Virus record (IMG/VR): IMGVR_UViG_3300018080_000112
Location: 1-64,000 of that record
Source: a virus
Direction: 5' to 3' (one strand)
Length of the DNA stretch: 64,000 bases
Within the stretch, counting starts at the first letter, position 1, and each line of letters starts with the position of its first letter. A program made the position numbers and the translations under genes. Shown here in pieces: positions 28,928-39,797 of the stretch. The notes beneath the pieces are model-generated. The model was not told the DNA's origin. It did not search any database and worked only from the letters and a program-made list of their open reading frames with translations.

Positions 28928-29365
28928 TCAACCAAGTCCCTTTTCGGCGCAGACAGGACCGAGACCGAGGTTGATGCTCTCAGGGGTGGTCAAGGGGCGA
29001 CCGCAGCGACCACAGCGCCCTTCGTGGTAAAATTTGACGGACTCGGGAAGGTTACGGTCATCCATCAGGATGTTCCAGAACCATACGAAGGTTTTGGCGG
29101 AGCGAGCATCGCGACCGATTGTGCTTTTGGTGCCGTGGCGGTAATTGCCATCTGCGAAGATGGTTCCTAAGAAAGCGTAGTCAGAGCCGTTATCAGGACC
29201 GGTGAGAACCTGAACGAAGTGTGGAGAGTCTTCTTTGGGCTGATTCACGCGAAAGGTGAGGTGATTTCCGGTAGCCTTGTTTTCGAGAGTGAAGGTAGCT
29301 TTTCCGGCGCGGAGGAAATTTTTGATGGTTTCGTTGGCGGTAAGTTCGGCGCGTTCGGTGGTCAT
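28928..29365 (-). CDS. DUF6011-like phage protein
   Basis: CGRCGRPLTTPESINLGLGPVCA. Confidence 0.75.
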   Translation of the reverse strand: MTTERAELTANETIKNFLRAGKATFTLENKATGNHLTFRVNQPKEDSPHFVQVLTGPDNGSDYAFLGTIFADGNYRHGTKSTIGRDARSAKTFVWFWNILMDDRNLPESVKFYHEGRCGRCGRPLTTPESINLGLGPVCAEKGLG

Positions 29366-29525
29366 TTGCTTTCTCCTTCGAGAGTTAAAATTTTTGCGTC
29401 ACAAAATAACGAGGGCAAGACTTTTTTCTGACTCTGATCTTTTTGTGAGATCAAGCTGGAAGGAATCTGAAAGTTAGGACCTAACTATTTAGGGGCTGTT
29501 CTTCTAACTATAAGAAGGAGAGAGC

Positions 29526-30194
29526 TTAATTGGCGGGTGCGCTTTTCCGTAGTGTAACCTCGATCCCCATCCCCGCGTCACCTTGTTTGACTCCCACAAG
29601 CATCCTGGTTTCACCACCGCGTGGTTTTGTGCGGCTGACAAAGGAGTCCACTGCGTCTTGAAAGCAAACAAGCGCATCTTCGATCAAAGGGTCTACCACA
29701 TCCAAGAAATCGAGCGGCTGGCTTACTGGCGGACACTCACAACCATTCAAGCGGTTCTCCAGTGCATCCGCGATAATCTGGACCTGTTCTTTGATGAACA
29801 CCGTGTTCCAGCGGCTCTTGTTCGGGACCTTCGTTAGAATCACTTTTTGATTGTATGACTGGTAGCTGTAAACCTCTTCTTTTCGCTGGATGGGAAGGAA
29901 ACAGCTTGCGAAATCTGGAAAGATATCCAGCGACACAAGGCGGATCTCTCTGGGGTCTGAGCTAGGGTCAGACCCTTGTTCCTCCGGACGATTGTCAAAA
30001 GAATCCAGGGGACACCAATCCGGTTGCGGCGGCTCTTTATCTTCCTTCTCTTTGCGGGATACAATCGTTTTTTCGCCCACATCACAGGTCCAAATTTCAG
30101 GCGGGTCCGCATTCTGAAGCGGGTTCGAATAATCAGAGGAGATCTTCAGGTGCGGACATTTCTTGCATTCGTCAATTGGTATGTATCGGGACAT
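29526..30194 (-). CDS. Hypothetical protein (Cys motif shared with 37341-38102)
   Basis: CKKCPH...WTC...PDWCPLD. Confidence 0.6.
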   Translation of the reverse strand: MSRYIPIDECKKCPHLKISSDYSNPLQNADPPEIWTCDVGEKTIVSRKEKEDKEPPQPDWCPLDSFDNRPEEQGSDPSSDPREIRLVSLDIFPDFASCFLPIQRKEEVYSYQSYNQKVILTKVPNKSRWNTVFIKEQVQIIADALENRLNGCECPPVSQPLDFLDVVDPLIEDALVCFQDAVDSFVSRTKPRGGETRMLVGVKQGDAGMGIEVTLRKSAPAN

Positions 30195-30197
30195 TCG

Positions 30198-30512
30198 TCA
30201 ATCTCCTTTTCCGTCAGTAAGTAACGCTATTGTATCTTTCGTTGCTTGCTTATACAAGACCTCGTCACGGACCTCGTTACAGAGCGAAGAACAACACCCC
30301 GCGCCGAAAGCTGGAGAAGACCAAGAGCCAGGATCAGCGGCGATCTCGTCATACTTTCCGCAAAACCGTTGACCGAACTCATTCGGCTCACTCAAGAACC
30401 GACAACCAGAACCAAGCAAAACTACTTCGCCATAAGGACACGGACACCGCGAGCAACAATATCCGCACATCACACACTCAATTTTCAGAACTGGCTCGTT
30501 CATCCGCTGCAC
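30198..30512 (-). CDS. Cys-rich protein (YkgJ-like Fe-S/Zn cluster)
   Basis: CVMCGYCCSRCPC, CRFL, CGKY. Confidence 0.55.
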   Translation of the reverse strand: MQRMNEPVLKIECVMCGYCCSRCPCPYGEVVLLGSGCRFLSEPNEFGQRFCGKYDEIAADPGSWSSPAFGAGCCSSLCNEVRDEVLYKQATKDTIALLTDGKGD

Positions 30513-31162
30513 ACGACCGGATTGTCTAGTTCTCGATTTGCTTCTAATATCCGAGCTTCTTCACGAAAAGCTCGCAAGTTCACATGATACTCATCCATAT
30601 CAGACGCTGCGAAGAACTCATCCAACAAATCCTGAAAATCATTATCTGTTGTGGTCACAAAATGACACCCGCCTTCCGGGTGTTCTTGTTCCAAACCAAT
30701 CAAGGCGCGTGTTCGTAACAAGCTTACAAACTTCATAATTAGATCACGATGCCTGTTCATCTTGTCAACTTTTTCGTGCTCCGGAAACGTCACCTCTACT
30801 TCGTTTTCCTTGTTCTCCTCTTGAATCTTCTGGATCGCCTCTTGTACCTCTTTTGCTTGGTGTTGCGAAGAGAACTGGTTGTCTACCAGGAAGGTCAAGC
30901 GATGTTTGTGGTCCGGGTCTGCAACAACATCAAATTCACACTGGTCCAGTGCAAGACCCGTCAACGCCTTGCAAATATCAACCGAACCCACGTCCTTCCC
31001 CTCTTCCTGAACAGGAACCAGTACGCTTCGTTTCTCTTTCTCATACAGCCTCAAGTAGTACTCATATCCGAGCAAGAGACACTTCGGGAACTTACCCGTC
31101 TCGCCGATAAACTTATCAGCTTCATTTTCGATCAATTCGCGAACATCGATGCCTTCAGCCAT
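30500..31162 (-). CDS. Hypothetical protein
   Basis: Start moved to MAEGID after GGAGG. Confidence 0.65.
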   Translation of the reverse strand: MAEGIDVRELIENEADKFIGETGKFPKCLLLGYEYYLRLYEKEKRSVLVPVQEEGKDVGSVDICKALTGLALDQCEFDVVADPDHKHRLTFLVDNQFSSQHQAKEVQEAIQKIQEENKENEVEVTFPEHEKVDKMNRHRDLIMKFVSLLRTRALIGLEQEHPEGGCHFVTTTDNDFQDLLDEFFAASDMDEYHVNLRAFREEARILEANRELDNPVVCSG

Positions 31163-32126
31163 TTCCAGCCTCCTTTTTTCGGTCCCGGTTTGTCCAGGTG
31201 TCAACATTTGTTTTGTATTTCCCATGGTACGGACAATACTTGTGTCGATACCACTTCTTTTCGATCTGACCCGGACAGAAACAACCAACCTTTCTTGCTT
31301 TTTCCGTTCCAGGTTGTGGTCCGGGACCGCCAGCGCACTCATCCAGATAATCTTTGAATGATTCGCCGATTACATAAAGACCATCCCGGTACAGTTCCCC
31401 CAACTCAAGCATCAAAGAGAACTGTTCAACTCGCTCGCGGTGCTCCTCGTATTGCATCAACTTGAGGTATTTCTCGTATAGGTTGTTTCGATATTGGTTC
31501 TCCACCCATGAAACACACACCGGACACATCAGGTGTCCATACACGCCCACATAGATCCATTCGTGACAACGGTTCTTTGCGTCAACGCTTCCCTTTTCCA
31601 TTGGAGTTCCGCAGTACCGGCATGCGATAGGTCCCCCCAGACCACCCGCTGTGATTTGACTCCCATAGGTGCGCTCTTCATCTCCATACTTCGACACCCC
31701 GCAATAGATACAGGGGCTGTGACGCGGACCATCTTTGCTGTCATAGATACAGATCCCCAAAGGACTCTTTGCACAATTGTGGCGCACATCGTAATCAAGA
31801 CCCGTGTAGCCATACTTTTCTTCGCTGGTCGCCTCTACAAAGCGCAACACAAAATCTTCCCGCATGTTCTCCAGCAACTCGACCTGTAATTGTGCTTCTC
31901 CAATATCCGCGTCCAAGCTGGCGAGCACATCACCCGGCGCTGTTTCACCATGTTCTTGCAACATCCGAAGATACGCCGGGAAATCTTTCTTGATCTGGCT
32001 CCTGATCTTCCCCAGACCATCGTTCTTTTCTTTGTAGTTCAGCAACTCCAGTACCTGTTTGATATACTGGTAGTTGAACCGTGACGAGTTGTCTGTCATG
32101 TTCTTGTTCTCCCCTGTTCTCGTCAT
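31155..32126 (-). CDS. Hypothetical multi-Cys protein
   Basis: Several CxxC motifs. Confidence 0.65.
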   Translation of the reverse strand: MTRTGENKNMTDNSSRFNYQYIKQVLELLNYKEKNDGLGKIRSQIKKDFPAYLRMLQEHGETAPGDVLASLDADIGEAQLQVELLENMREDFVLRFVEATSEEKYGYTGLDYDVRHNCAKSPLGICIYDSKDGPRHSPCIYCGVSKYGDEERTYGSQITAGGLGGPIACRYCGTPMEKGSVDAKNRCHEWIYVGVYGHLMCPVCVSWVENQYRNNLYEKYLKLMQYEEHRERVEQFSLMLELGELYRDGLYVIGESFKDYLDECAGGPGPQPGTEKARKVGCFCPGQIEKKWYRHKYCPYHGKYKTNVDTWTNRDRKKEAGNG

Positions 32127-32127
32127 C

Positions 32128-32562
32128 TTAGTTCATGTCCTTCGGTAACTTCTCCGGTTTCTTGACCCCGTTTGTCTTCAACCGGAAATTCCAGTGGTCC
32201 TCATCCTCTTCTGTCATATCCCGCTCAAACTCGCCTTCAAAAGCGGAGTTACACAAGCAAGTACCCACGGGGATCTTCTGACCGTTTCGCTCTTTGTCAG
32301 GTTGATTGAAGATCTCTTGCATGTCGTCAATCAGGTTGTTGCTGCAAGATGAGCTACCTGTGAGAAAGAACGCGATGTTTTTTTCATCCCAGAACTCTGG
32401 AACCACCATTGGCAACTCAAAGCTGACCTTGACCAGCACAGTCTTCTTTCGACGCACGCATTCTTTCCCATGTTCACGCCCGATCTCTTGCCGACAGTAC
32501 ACACAGACCTTCGTGATCGGGTCCACTTCCTTCTCTTGTACCAACCAGGAGTCTTGTCTCAT
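32128..32562 (-). CDS. Hypothetical protein
   Basis: AAGGAG RBS. Confidence 0.6.
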   Translation of the reverse strand: MRQDSWLVQEKEVDPITKVCVYCRQEIGREHGKECVRRKKTVLVKVSFELPMVVPEFWDEKNIAFFLTGSSSCSNNLIDDMQEIFNQPDKERNGQKIPVGTCLCNSAFEGEFERDMTEEDEDHWNFRLKTNGVKKPEKLPKDMN

Positions 32563-32827
32563 TCTTTGTTCTCCTTTTCACATAACGGGTCTTGTGGATC
32601 TACAGGAAGATCCATATCCCCTCCGGCGCAACAAAGCATAGGTTTGCGATCAAAAAAACTACAATTATAACATCTGTATTTCCTATACAATTTTGAATCA
32701 TCCTCATGAGGGGGATTGTAAACAAAAGGTGGAACATCAAGTGTAGTATCCCATTCGAATTCATTCTTGCAATCACAGAGAGCACTGTCATTTTGACAAA
32801 GAAAGCAAATCCCTTCCCACTCTTGTT

Positions 32828-33574
32828 TCATTCTTTCACCTCATAATCACTACAGCCGCAATCCACACGCAACTTCCCATGAACCACACACCAGGGGTCA
32901 ACTTCTTCCAGGGGGTCATCTGAGTTGTTACATGCGCAAGCCGCCGCTGGTAAGTTATGAACGGGACAGACCTCGATATCCTCATCTTTGTAATAATCTT
33001 CGTTCTCCTTCTGAAGACGCGCTGTTTCCGTTTCCAGAAAGAGAATTTCCGGATCTTTTTCCTCAATAGCTTCCGCCACATCTTTGACTGTATCCAGTGG
33101 CTTTTTGAGCGGCGAACCTGGCGAAGGAACACCCATCAAGCGATCTGTCGGAAAATCAGCAAACTTTGTGAGGTCTGCATTTGGCGGATATTTTGGGGTC
33201 CACTTCCCCTCGACAGGTTTCTTTGTCTCCGCCTTGTCTTCTACAGGCTCAAACAGTGTATTGAACCAACCTTCGTTCATTCCGGGGGTCGCAAAACCAT
33301 CTTCTTTCACCGGCGGAGGGGGAACATTAAAGATACCCCTTCCTGGAACATCTACTGGAAACTCCGCGCCGTCTGGGATCTTGATCCAGACCTTGTAAAT
33401 CTTAATCCCTTTGGCTCTTGGATTACCACGCCCTGCAATCGTGCCCACGGCGTATTCGTATTGCTCCCCATATTTGAACCACGGCATGTTGCCACTCTCA
33501 CATATGCAACGAGCCGTCCTTCTCTCGCCAAAACCGTCCTCAAGAATGGACTCAAAAACACTTGCATCAGACAT
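32828..33574 (-). CDS. Hypothetical protein
   Basis: AAGGAG RBS. Confidence 0.6.
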   Translation of the reverse strand: MSDASVFESILEDGFGERRTARCICESGNMPWFKYGEQYEYAVGTIAGRGNPRAKGIKIYKVWIKIPDGAEFPVDVPGRGIFNVPPPPVKEDGFATPGMNEGWFNTLFEPVEDKAETKKPVEGKWTPKYPPNADLTKFADFPTDRLMGVPSPGSPLKKPLDTVKDVAEAIEEKDPEILFLETETARLQKENEDYYKDEDIEVCPVHNLPAAACACNNSDDPLEEVDPWCVVHGKLRVDCGCSDYEVKE

Positions 33575-33760
33575 GTTGTATTCTCCTTCGGATATTGCGC
33601 ATCAATAGACCATTGAAGCACCTGTCTTATGTGGTCATACTCCAGCTTACCTTCTGGGTTCTGGTGTGTTAGAACATAATGCTTATACACCTTTTTCAAC
33701 CACGCTAGATTTTCATCCATGAGTTGCTGATAAGCTCGTTTGTTCATCTGTGTTCCCATA

Positions 33761-34105
33761 TCAGCGACTCCCCAACTTGATTGTGGCGTCACCAAAGCAC
33801 CAAACATCCTTCTGGACCTCTTTCGGTACTACGATGAGACCCTTTTGTCGTTCTCCGCGCTCAAGCTCTTCTATACGCCTCTCTGCACATTCTAGGCGCT
33901 GTTCAACTTCCTTCAAATCTTTTCGTGTGACTCCGATGCAATTATCCAGGTCATTCGGGTCAATCACTTGTGTTTGAAGAACCGTCTCGCACCCCTGCAA
34001 CGGTAACCCTTCGAAAGACCGCGCCGATATACGCTGCATCAGAATCTTATTGTACTTTCTCAAGGTTGGATATCCGGGTTTTATACTTGATCCTCCGGCG
34101 GACAT
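33761..34105 (-). CDS. Hypothetical protein
   Basis: AGGAGG RBS; follows a class A promoter motif. Confidence 0.55.
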   Translation of the reverse strand: MSAGGSSIKPGYPTLRKYNKILMQRISARSFEGLPLQGCETVLQTQVIDPNDLDNCIGVTRKDLKEVEQRLECAERRIEELERGERQKGLIVVPKEVQKDVWCFGDATIKLGSR

Positions 34106-34230
34106 GCTCGCCTCCTGTCAAAATGGTTTCAATACATGACTCCCTTATAGAGACACATCTATTGTCAAAGTTGAACCGTTTGGGCTTGAAATAAAAAAGT
34201 AGAAGGGTAAGAAACGCTTGTGGTTAGGAC

Positions 34231-34992
34231 CTAACTTTTTTCCTGACTCCGTTTTTCCATCGCCTCAACAAAAGCATCCCACATTTCACGAAGCGGGATC
34301 TTCCAAGTCTCCCCCGTCCCCTTTTGCGAGAAGTACGGCGCTCCGTTGATCCCCCCGTGAACGTGACCAATCTTTGTTTCCCCGTCATCATCAAAAACCT
34401 CTGCGCCGCCCGTGAAAAAGGTCAGAATCCCCTCTGTATGCCTTGGTGACATCACCAGCTTCAATGGAACTTGAATCATGATCTCTTCATCTGGCGGACC
34501 CTTGATGCGCTCCTCATATGGAATACGAACCGGGTCCTCAAGATCGTCATGGTTTCCGTTGTCAACGTCCGGGCTGGTCTCTTCGATCTGTTCCTCTACA
34601 GGTTCCTCTGTTTCCTCTGTGGGGTTTTCTCTTGTCCGTGGTAGGTTGAGAGGATTCGCCGCTTTTGCGGCTCGCGCCAACTCCTCTTGTGACGCTTCGT
34701 ATCCATCTGGGTCCACAAAATGCCACCAAGCAATCGTACCGTCTATGTGTTCAAACAGAACCGCAATATCTGGCGGACCCGGTCGGTGGTCATGTTGAAA
34801 AGGGGGGTTCTTTGTCCATCCCAGAATAGTCCACCCCGCGCCGTGGTCCTCTTTTACCAAGCAAGGTTCTTTCCCCTCATTGAACCGCCACTTGATACGG
34901 AAAGGAGGCAACGGGCTTGCTGTGTGTGGTCCGTAGTTCAGGCGATTAAGCCGAGAACTATTAATCCTTTTTAATCCATCAAAAAGTAACAT
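34231..34992 (-). CDS. Hypothetical protein
   Basis: ORF track. Confidence 0.6.
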   Translation of the reverse strand: MLLFDGLKRINSSRLNRLNYGPHTASPLPPFRIKWRFNEGKEPCLVKEDHGAGWTILGWTKNPPFQHDHRPGPPDIAVLFEHIDGTIAWWHFVDPDGYEASQEELARAAKAANPLNLPRTRENPTEETEEPVEEQIEETSPDVDNGNHDDLEDPVRIPYEERIKGPPDEEIMIQVPLKLVMSPRHTEGILTFFTGGAEVFDDDGETKIGHVHGGINGAPYFSQKGTGETWKIPLREMWDAFVEAMEKRSQEKS

Positions 34993-35255
34993 CTTCTTTC
35001 CCCTCTCCCGTTATATTTTATGTTCTTATGTAGACCCCACCTTTCCACCAATTGAAAAACCTTGCATTTTTGGTTCGCTCACCCCTTTGTAGCAACTGGT
35101 ACAGACCCACAACTCTTGTTGAACCTGAGCCATCGAATCCACAGCCTGGTTCGATGGCATCCCCTGACCGACCATGATTTTCCGCAAAGGAACATTATGA
35201 CTGACGTGGTGATTACTGCACTGTGTGATCGCACACTTTCCGAACTTAACCCCGC

Positions 35256-36284
35256 TCATGCGTCACCTTCTCGTATCACCTTTTTGTATGCCCAAAACTG
35301 GCGCAGAACTCTCAGATACTCGTCTTGAATCTCACCAATCAAGACCGCATCTTTCTCCGGCGGAACATCATGAGCACCGTCTTCCGGGCTGTCCAAGACA
35401 ATCCCGAACTGAATAGGTTTCAACAGCCGCCAGAGTTCCTCATGTGCTTCTTTGTAGACAGGTCCATTGTAACGATATGGTTTGATATAGTCACGTCCTA
35501 AAGAACTCTCCTCTTCAAGATTAACATTGTATATTTTCAGGTCACAGATCAACTCTGTGATTCGAATTTGTTCCTTCGTGGGGTACTCTTTCGGTAATTC
35601 CTGGTTGTCCGGATTCACAACCTCCAGGCGCGGCTCCTCTTGCACTTCTGATTCCTCATTCAATCGCACATACGGAATCACAGGCTCGCGAGGCATCTTC
35701 TCCTCTTGTGTCGATGCCACACCATTCCCCTTCTTACTTTTCCGCGCTGTGTTCTCCTGGTACATCTTCTGAGCTTTATCCATGATGCTCGCGGCGTTCT
35801 TTGCTCGCTGTTCCTTTTTCTTCTCCCGCGCCATATGAGCCACAGAACCGGGAACCGCATCATCAGCCATCTTAAAGATTGACCGCCACACGTTATCATG
35901 CGCCGGATTACCACAAGAGTACGTTTCGACCGCATCATCCAGGACCTTCTTTTTGTGCTCCTCGATCTGTTCTTCGAACTCCTTTTTGATCCAGATGAAC
36001 GCATCAACGATCTCCCCCATCTTGAACTCTTTGCAGAACTTCGGAAAGTGACGCTTCAAGTTCATAATCGGGACCGCTCGAATAATTTTGTCCTCCGTAT
36101 CAAACTCCACACTACCAATCGGCACAACACCAACCGCCGAAAGCGGACCCGCATAAAAGACCATGATGATCTGCGATTTGAACCCCAGAAAGACGGGAAT
36201 CAACTCTCCGTTTGTCTCTCGCTGGAAACGCTCTTGTTCTGGTCTCAAATCACCAAACAACTCTTCGAAACTCTTCTCTTCCAT
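35256..36284 (-). CDS. Hypothetical protein
   Basis: 342 aa; GGGGAG RBS. Confidence 0.65.
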   Translation of the reverse strand: MEEKSFEELFGDLRPEQERFQRETNGELIPVFLGFKSQIIMVFYAGPLSAVGVVPIGSVEFDTEDKIIRAVPIMNLKRHFPKFCKEFKMGEIVDAFIWIKKEFEEQIEEHKKKVLDDAVETYSCGNPAHDNVWRSIFKMADDAVPGSVAHMAREKKKEQRAKNAASIMDKAQKMYQENTARKSKKGNGVASTQEEKMPREPVIPYVRLNEESEVQEEPRLEVVNPDNQELPKEYPTKEQIRITELICDLKIYNVNLEEESSLGRDYIKPYRYNGPVYKEAHEELWRLLKPIQFGIVLDSPEDGAHDVPPEKDAVLIGEIQDEYLRVLRQFWAYKKVIREGDA

Positions 36285-36494
36285 CTGTTACTTCTCCCCT
36301 GTGTACAGGTTTTCAATCAATTTCTATCGGAATACGGCGAACATTTCGGTTCTTTTTGCGCCGCTGTTTCCTCTTCCTCTTTGTCTGCGGATGTGTTGTG
36401 TGGTGCAACCACTCCTTTGGGATCTCTACGAGTTCGCCGCGCCGCATTCGGTAAAACTTGCCGTCAATTGAAATCAGTGTTCTCTTTCCCATTG

Positions 36495-37301
36495 TCAGAT
36501 ATCCAAACCAGCTTCTGTTGGGATCTGCAGCCCCACAACCTTCTTGATCGATTCTTTCCACTTGATTTTCGGGTGGTCCTTCAACTTCTCATACAGCGAC
36601 AAGATCCGCTCATCGGATTGTGATTGAAGAAGGGTCTTTCCCATCACCTTCATCGCGTGAGTAATCTCCACCCCGTTCCGCTGCAAGCGCTCCTCCAGCC
36701 GGTTCATCTTGCCGATCCAAATTGCATCGGTCACATAATCTTCCAGAGCGCTGACCGTTGCGAGCACCACATCTTCGACCACATCCAGCAAAGGTTCCAT
36801 CGATACAGAGGTTTTGAACCCCTTCTCAAAAGCAAAGCTCAAAGACTCCAGTCGCGACATGAAGGCGGGTGCGTTTGGTTCCCAAAAGCTCAGAACCTCA
36901 TCTAGCCCGGACCCGATTGTGAAGCGAAACAGAATCTGGTCTTTGTACTTCTCGCAAGCTTCGCACATTTCCCAGATCACATGGAGGTTTGGCTTGCTAA
37001 CCACAAGCACCTGGTTTCCAGCTTCCAACATGCGAACCAGCGGTGGTAAGGTATGTTCCAGGTTTGCCAGGGTGAAGTCATGCGTTGTGGGATACATAAT
37101 CGTCCCATCACGCAAACCAAAGACTCGCTTCGCCGCCTTCTCATTGACCTCTTCGTGGGTCCATGTTCCCGGCTCCTTCTGATTGAACCGAATTGCATTG
37201 GCGCAAGCGTAGCAATACAGGCAACCGTTGGCGCAACCTCTCATCACATTGAAGTTGCTGGATGCCCACTCCTTTGTCCCTGACACAGTTTTCTTGCTCA
37301 T
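36495..37301 (-). CDS. Radical SAM protein (SplB-like/DUF5131-like)
   Basis: GCANGCLYCYA, WEPNAP..R, SVSMEPLL. Confidence 0.8.
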   Translation of the reverse strand: MSKKTVSGTKEWASSNFNVMRGCANGCLYCYACANAIRFNQKEPGTWTHEEVNEKAAKRVFGLRDGTIMYPTTHDFTLANLEHTLPPLVRMLEAGNQVLVVSKPNLHVIWEMCEACEKYKDQILFRFTIGSGLDEVLSFWEPNAPAFMSRLESLSFAFEKGFKTSVSMEPLLDVVEDVVLATVSALEDYVTDAIWIGKMNRLEERLQRNGVEITHAMKVMGKTLLQSQSDERILSLYEKLKDHPKIKWKESIKKVVGLQIPTEAGLDI

Positions 37302-37340
37302 CTCGTATCTCTCTTTCCCTGACCTTATGCTTGGGTTCCC

Positions 37341-38102
37341 TTACAGGTTTTTGATGATTTCCTCAATGTACATCACAGCCCACTCCAGCCGGTTATCATA
37401 TGCGTCCTGCAACTCTTCGGCTGTAATGAATTCTTTCATCGCTTCCGGATCTTTGGCGGTCTTTCGATAGATTGGTGCTTCCGCCTCGAAACAGGAGTTC
37501 AGCCAGTTTTCAACTAGAATGTCCTGATGGTCCCTCACAACGGTCTCTTTGTGGAAAGGAATTGGGCGACCACTGTCATCTGTCAGTGGTTGAACAACAT
37601 GTGCTTCCAGATCCGCCAGATACTTTTCAAGGGACTCTCTCAGATCCTTTGGGCAATACGGCGCACAACCCCGGTACTTCGTCCCACAATCCACATCGTG
37701 TGTCCAGCGAAGCGGTGTCACATCTTCTCTGAAGTTATCCAGCGGACACCACTCCGGGACGCTCTTCGGCTCTTCGCTTGACCATTCAATATAGCCGCAG
37801 ATCTTCTTGTTTTCCATCGCACCACAGAGCCAATCCGAAGCACACCCGGCTCCTGGTGTCGCCACTGTGACCTTTTTCGGACAATTGGCGCAACTGATGA
37901 TTTTGATCACTTTGATAATAGATGGTTCTGGTGGTGTGGCATGTGTTGCCATCTTTCTTTGAATAGCGGCGAGGTTGTTGATAGAACCGACCTTTGTTCC
38001 GTGGTCTGGCAAGTTTTCATAGACCTCCAACAGATCTGTGATCAACTTCTCCATCTCTTTGAAGGCTTTTCGATCCGTATCCGTGTATTTCTTTTCCGTC
38101 AT
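37341..38102 (-). CDS. Hypothetical protein
   Basis: CANCP...WLC...PEWCPLD. Confidence 0.6.
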   Translation of the reverse strand: MTEKKYTDTDRKAFKEMEKLITDLLEVYENLPDHGTKVGSINNLAAIQRKMATHATPPEPSIIKVIKIISCANCPKKVTVATPGAGCASDWLCGAMENKKICGYIEWSSEEPKSVPEWCPLDNFREDVTPLRWTHDVDCGTKYRGCAPYCPKDLRESLEKYLADLEAHVVQPLTDDSGRPIPFHKETVVRDHQDILVENWLNSCFEAEAPIYRKTAKDPEAMKEFITAEELQDAYDNRLEWAVMYIEEIIKNL

Positions 38103-38119
38103 CTCCCCTGTTCCTTTCG

Positions 38120-38461
38120 CTATGTTTCTTCGGTTATGCGTCGATAGAAATCTTGCATGACCGTCTTGATCGCCTTTCTGAACTCTTCATGCTTCATGCG
38201 GTTATGTAATGTCTGAACAACTGGATGTTTCGATTGACGGGTCCAGTAATGCAACCAGTTTCCGTGTAGAATCTTGATTTCATCCGCTGCATTCTCAACC
38301 CCACGAACAAAGAACAAGACCTCCGCCAACTCCAGGATCAGAATCTCCACAATCTTGTAACCACCAAGCATCTCCGGTCTGTTGATTGCATACTGTATCT
38401 TCTCCAGAATCACAGCTTCGATCTTTTCCTGGTCAACCATCTTTCTTTCCGCCATCACCAC
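38120..38461 (-). CDS. Hypothetical protein
   Basis: ORF track. Confidence 0.55.
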   Translation of the reverse strand: MVMAERKMVDQEKIEAVILEKIQYAINRPEMLGGYKIVEILILELAEVLFFVRGVENAADEIKILHGNWLHYWTRQSKHPVVQTLHNRMKHEEFRKAIKTVMQDFYRRITEET

Positions 38462-38780
38462 CGCAAAGGGTCACCGAGCCGCCATCATGTAAAGACGGCT
38501 CTTGTTTCTCTTCCTCCGGCTCTTCGTCTTCTGGGAGAACTCCGATATGAGGAATCATCATGGCGTAAATCTCAGCTACCACTTGCGAAATCGTGTCAAT
38601 CGTCGCCTTGGTATCGTCTTTGTGGACGGCATGACCGATCAACAAGATCTCAACCACAGCAAGCAAGCCATAAGCAACCATCGCACCACCAATAGCAATA
38701 AAGAGATAGTGACTCCAAAAGATCCCGAGAAGGAGGAAAAAGACACCAAAAGCAACTGTACTTCGTTCAAGCATCATCAA
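38433..38780 (-). CDS. Putative membrane protein
   Basis: Two hydrophobic N-terminal segments. Confidence 0.6.
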   Translation of the reverse strand: MMMLERSTVAFGVFFLLLGIFWSHYLFIAIGGAMVAYGLLAVVEILLIGHAVHKDDTKATIDTISQVVAEIYAMMIPHIGVLPEDEEPEEEKQEPSLHDGGSVTLCGGDGGKKDG

Positions 38781-38809
38781 CTCCTATTTGCTAGGTTAGG
38801 TCCTAACTA

Positions 38810-39487
38810 TCAGACAAAAAGTTGTGGCTCATCAGATTCGGAGATCATCTGTAACAGTTTGACAATCAAAGAGGTCACAAACAGCCCTCTCCCGTCATCA
38901 GAGCCGTCTTGGAAACACTCTTCATCAATTGCATGCAAGTGATCCAGAACATGCTTGATCCGCGCTTTTGCGTGCTCCTTTCCGTGTTTGACCTCCAGAG
39001 TGCGATGGAACACACCCGCCAGCATCTCCAGGAGCGCTTTGGCGTCACCCACGAGACGGTCCAGATCTACCTCTCCAGCAACGCTGACATAAGAATTGGG
39101 GGAAATATCGGAAGGAAACATCTCCGGCGCTTCTGGCGGCTCCTCCGTTGCTTCTGACACAACCTCCGGCGAAACATCCGCACCGATCTCATCCCCCATG
39201 ACCAGATCATCTTCGAGACCTGGAACCATATGCATCAACATCTCGAATTTCTCTTGCAAGAGGTTCATCTCGCAACGTCCGCAGAGAACGACCCCTTTGT
39301 TGACACAGGACAAACACAAAACCGCGCCGCAATCATCACACTTCGGGAGATCCTCATCTGAAACATGAGAAGGAATCTGTGTGCGACAACCTGAAGCATG
39401 ACAGAGAACTCGATAGCTCATTCTTTCGCCTTTCGCTAAAATGTTTCTACCTACAGAGACACATGTTTTACGGAAGTGTAACCACAA
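38810..39487 (-). CDS. Hypothetical zinc-finger protein
   Basis: Multiple CxxC motifs; start is likely MSYRV. Confidence 0.6.
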   Translation of the reverse strand: MWLHFRKTCVSVGRNILAKGERMSYRVLCHASGCRTQIPSHVSDEDLPKCDDCGAVLCLSCVNKGVVLCGRCEMNLLQEKFEMLMHMVPGLEDDLVMGDEIGADVSPEVVSEATEEPPEAPEMFPSDISPNSYVSVAGEVDLDRLVGDAKALLEMLAGVFHRTLEVKHGKEHAKARIKHVLDHLHAIDEECFQDGSDDGRGLFVTSLIVKLLQMISESDEPQLFV

Positions 39488-39498
39488 GAAATGATTTT

Positions 39499-39786
39499 TC
39501 AGAATACTTTGTGAGGACCCCCCAGGACCCGCTCATCTTCTTCTATCCCAAAAATGGTGTCAAAGGTAACCTTGACTTTTCCGACCACTTCGTCACAGGC
39601 ACGACAAACAGCGTCCTGAGTGATGCTGTCGCGGCTCTGTTCTGTCGTTCCGTTCTTTCCTGATACCTGGAACGGCTCGTGTTTGCAAAGCGGACAGGAG
39701 CCATCTACGTCAACCCTTTCGGCGGTCGGAAATTTCAAACTACCGTCCCGGACCTCATCTTCTCCGATGTGAATTGTGATCTTCAC
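39499..39786 (-). CDS. Hypothetical zinc-ribbon protein
   Basis: CPLC and CRAC. Confidence 0.55.
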   Translation of the reverse strand: MKITIHIGEDEVRDGSLKFPTAERVDVDGSCPLCKHEPFQVSGKNGTTEQSRDSITQDAVCRACDEVVGKVKVTFDTIFGIEEDERVLGGPHKVF

Positions 39787-39797
39787 CAGACACCTCC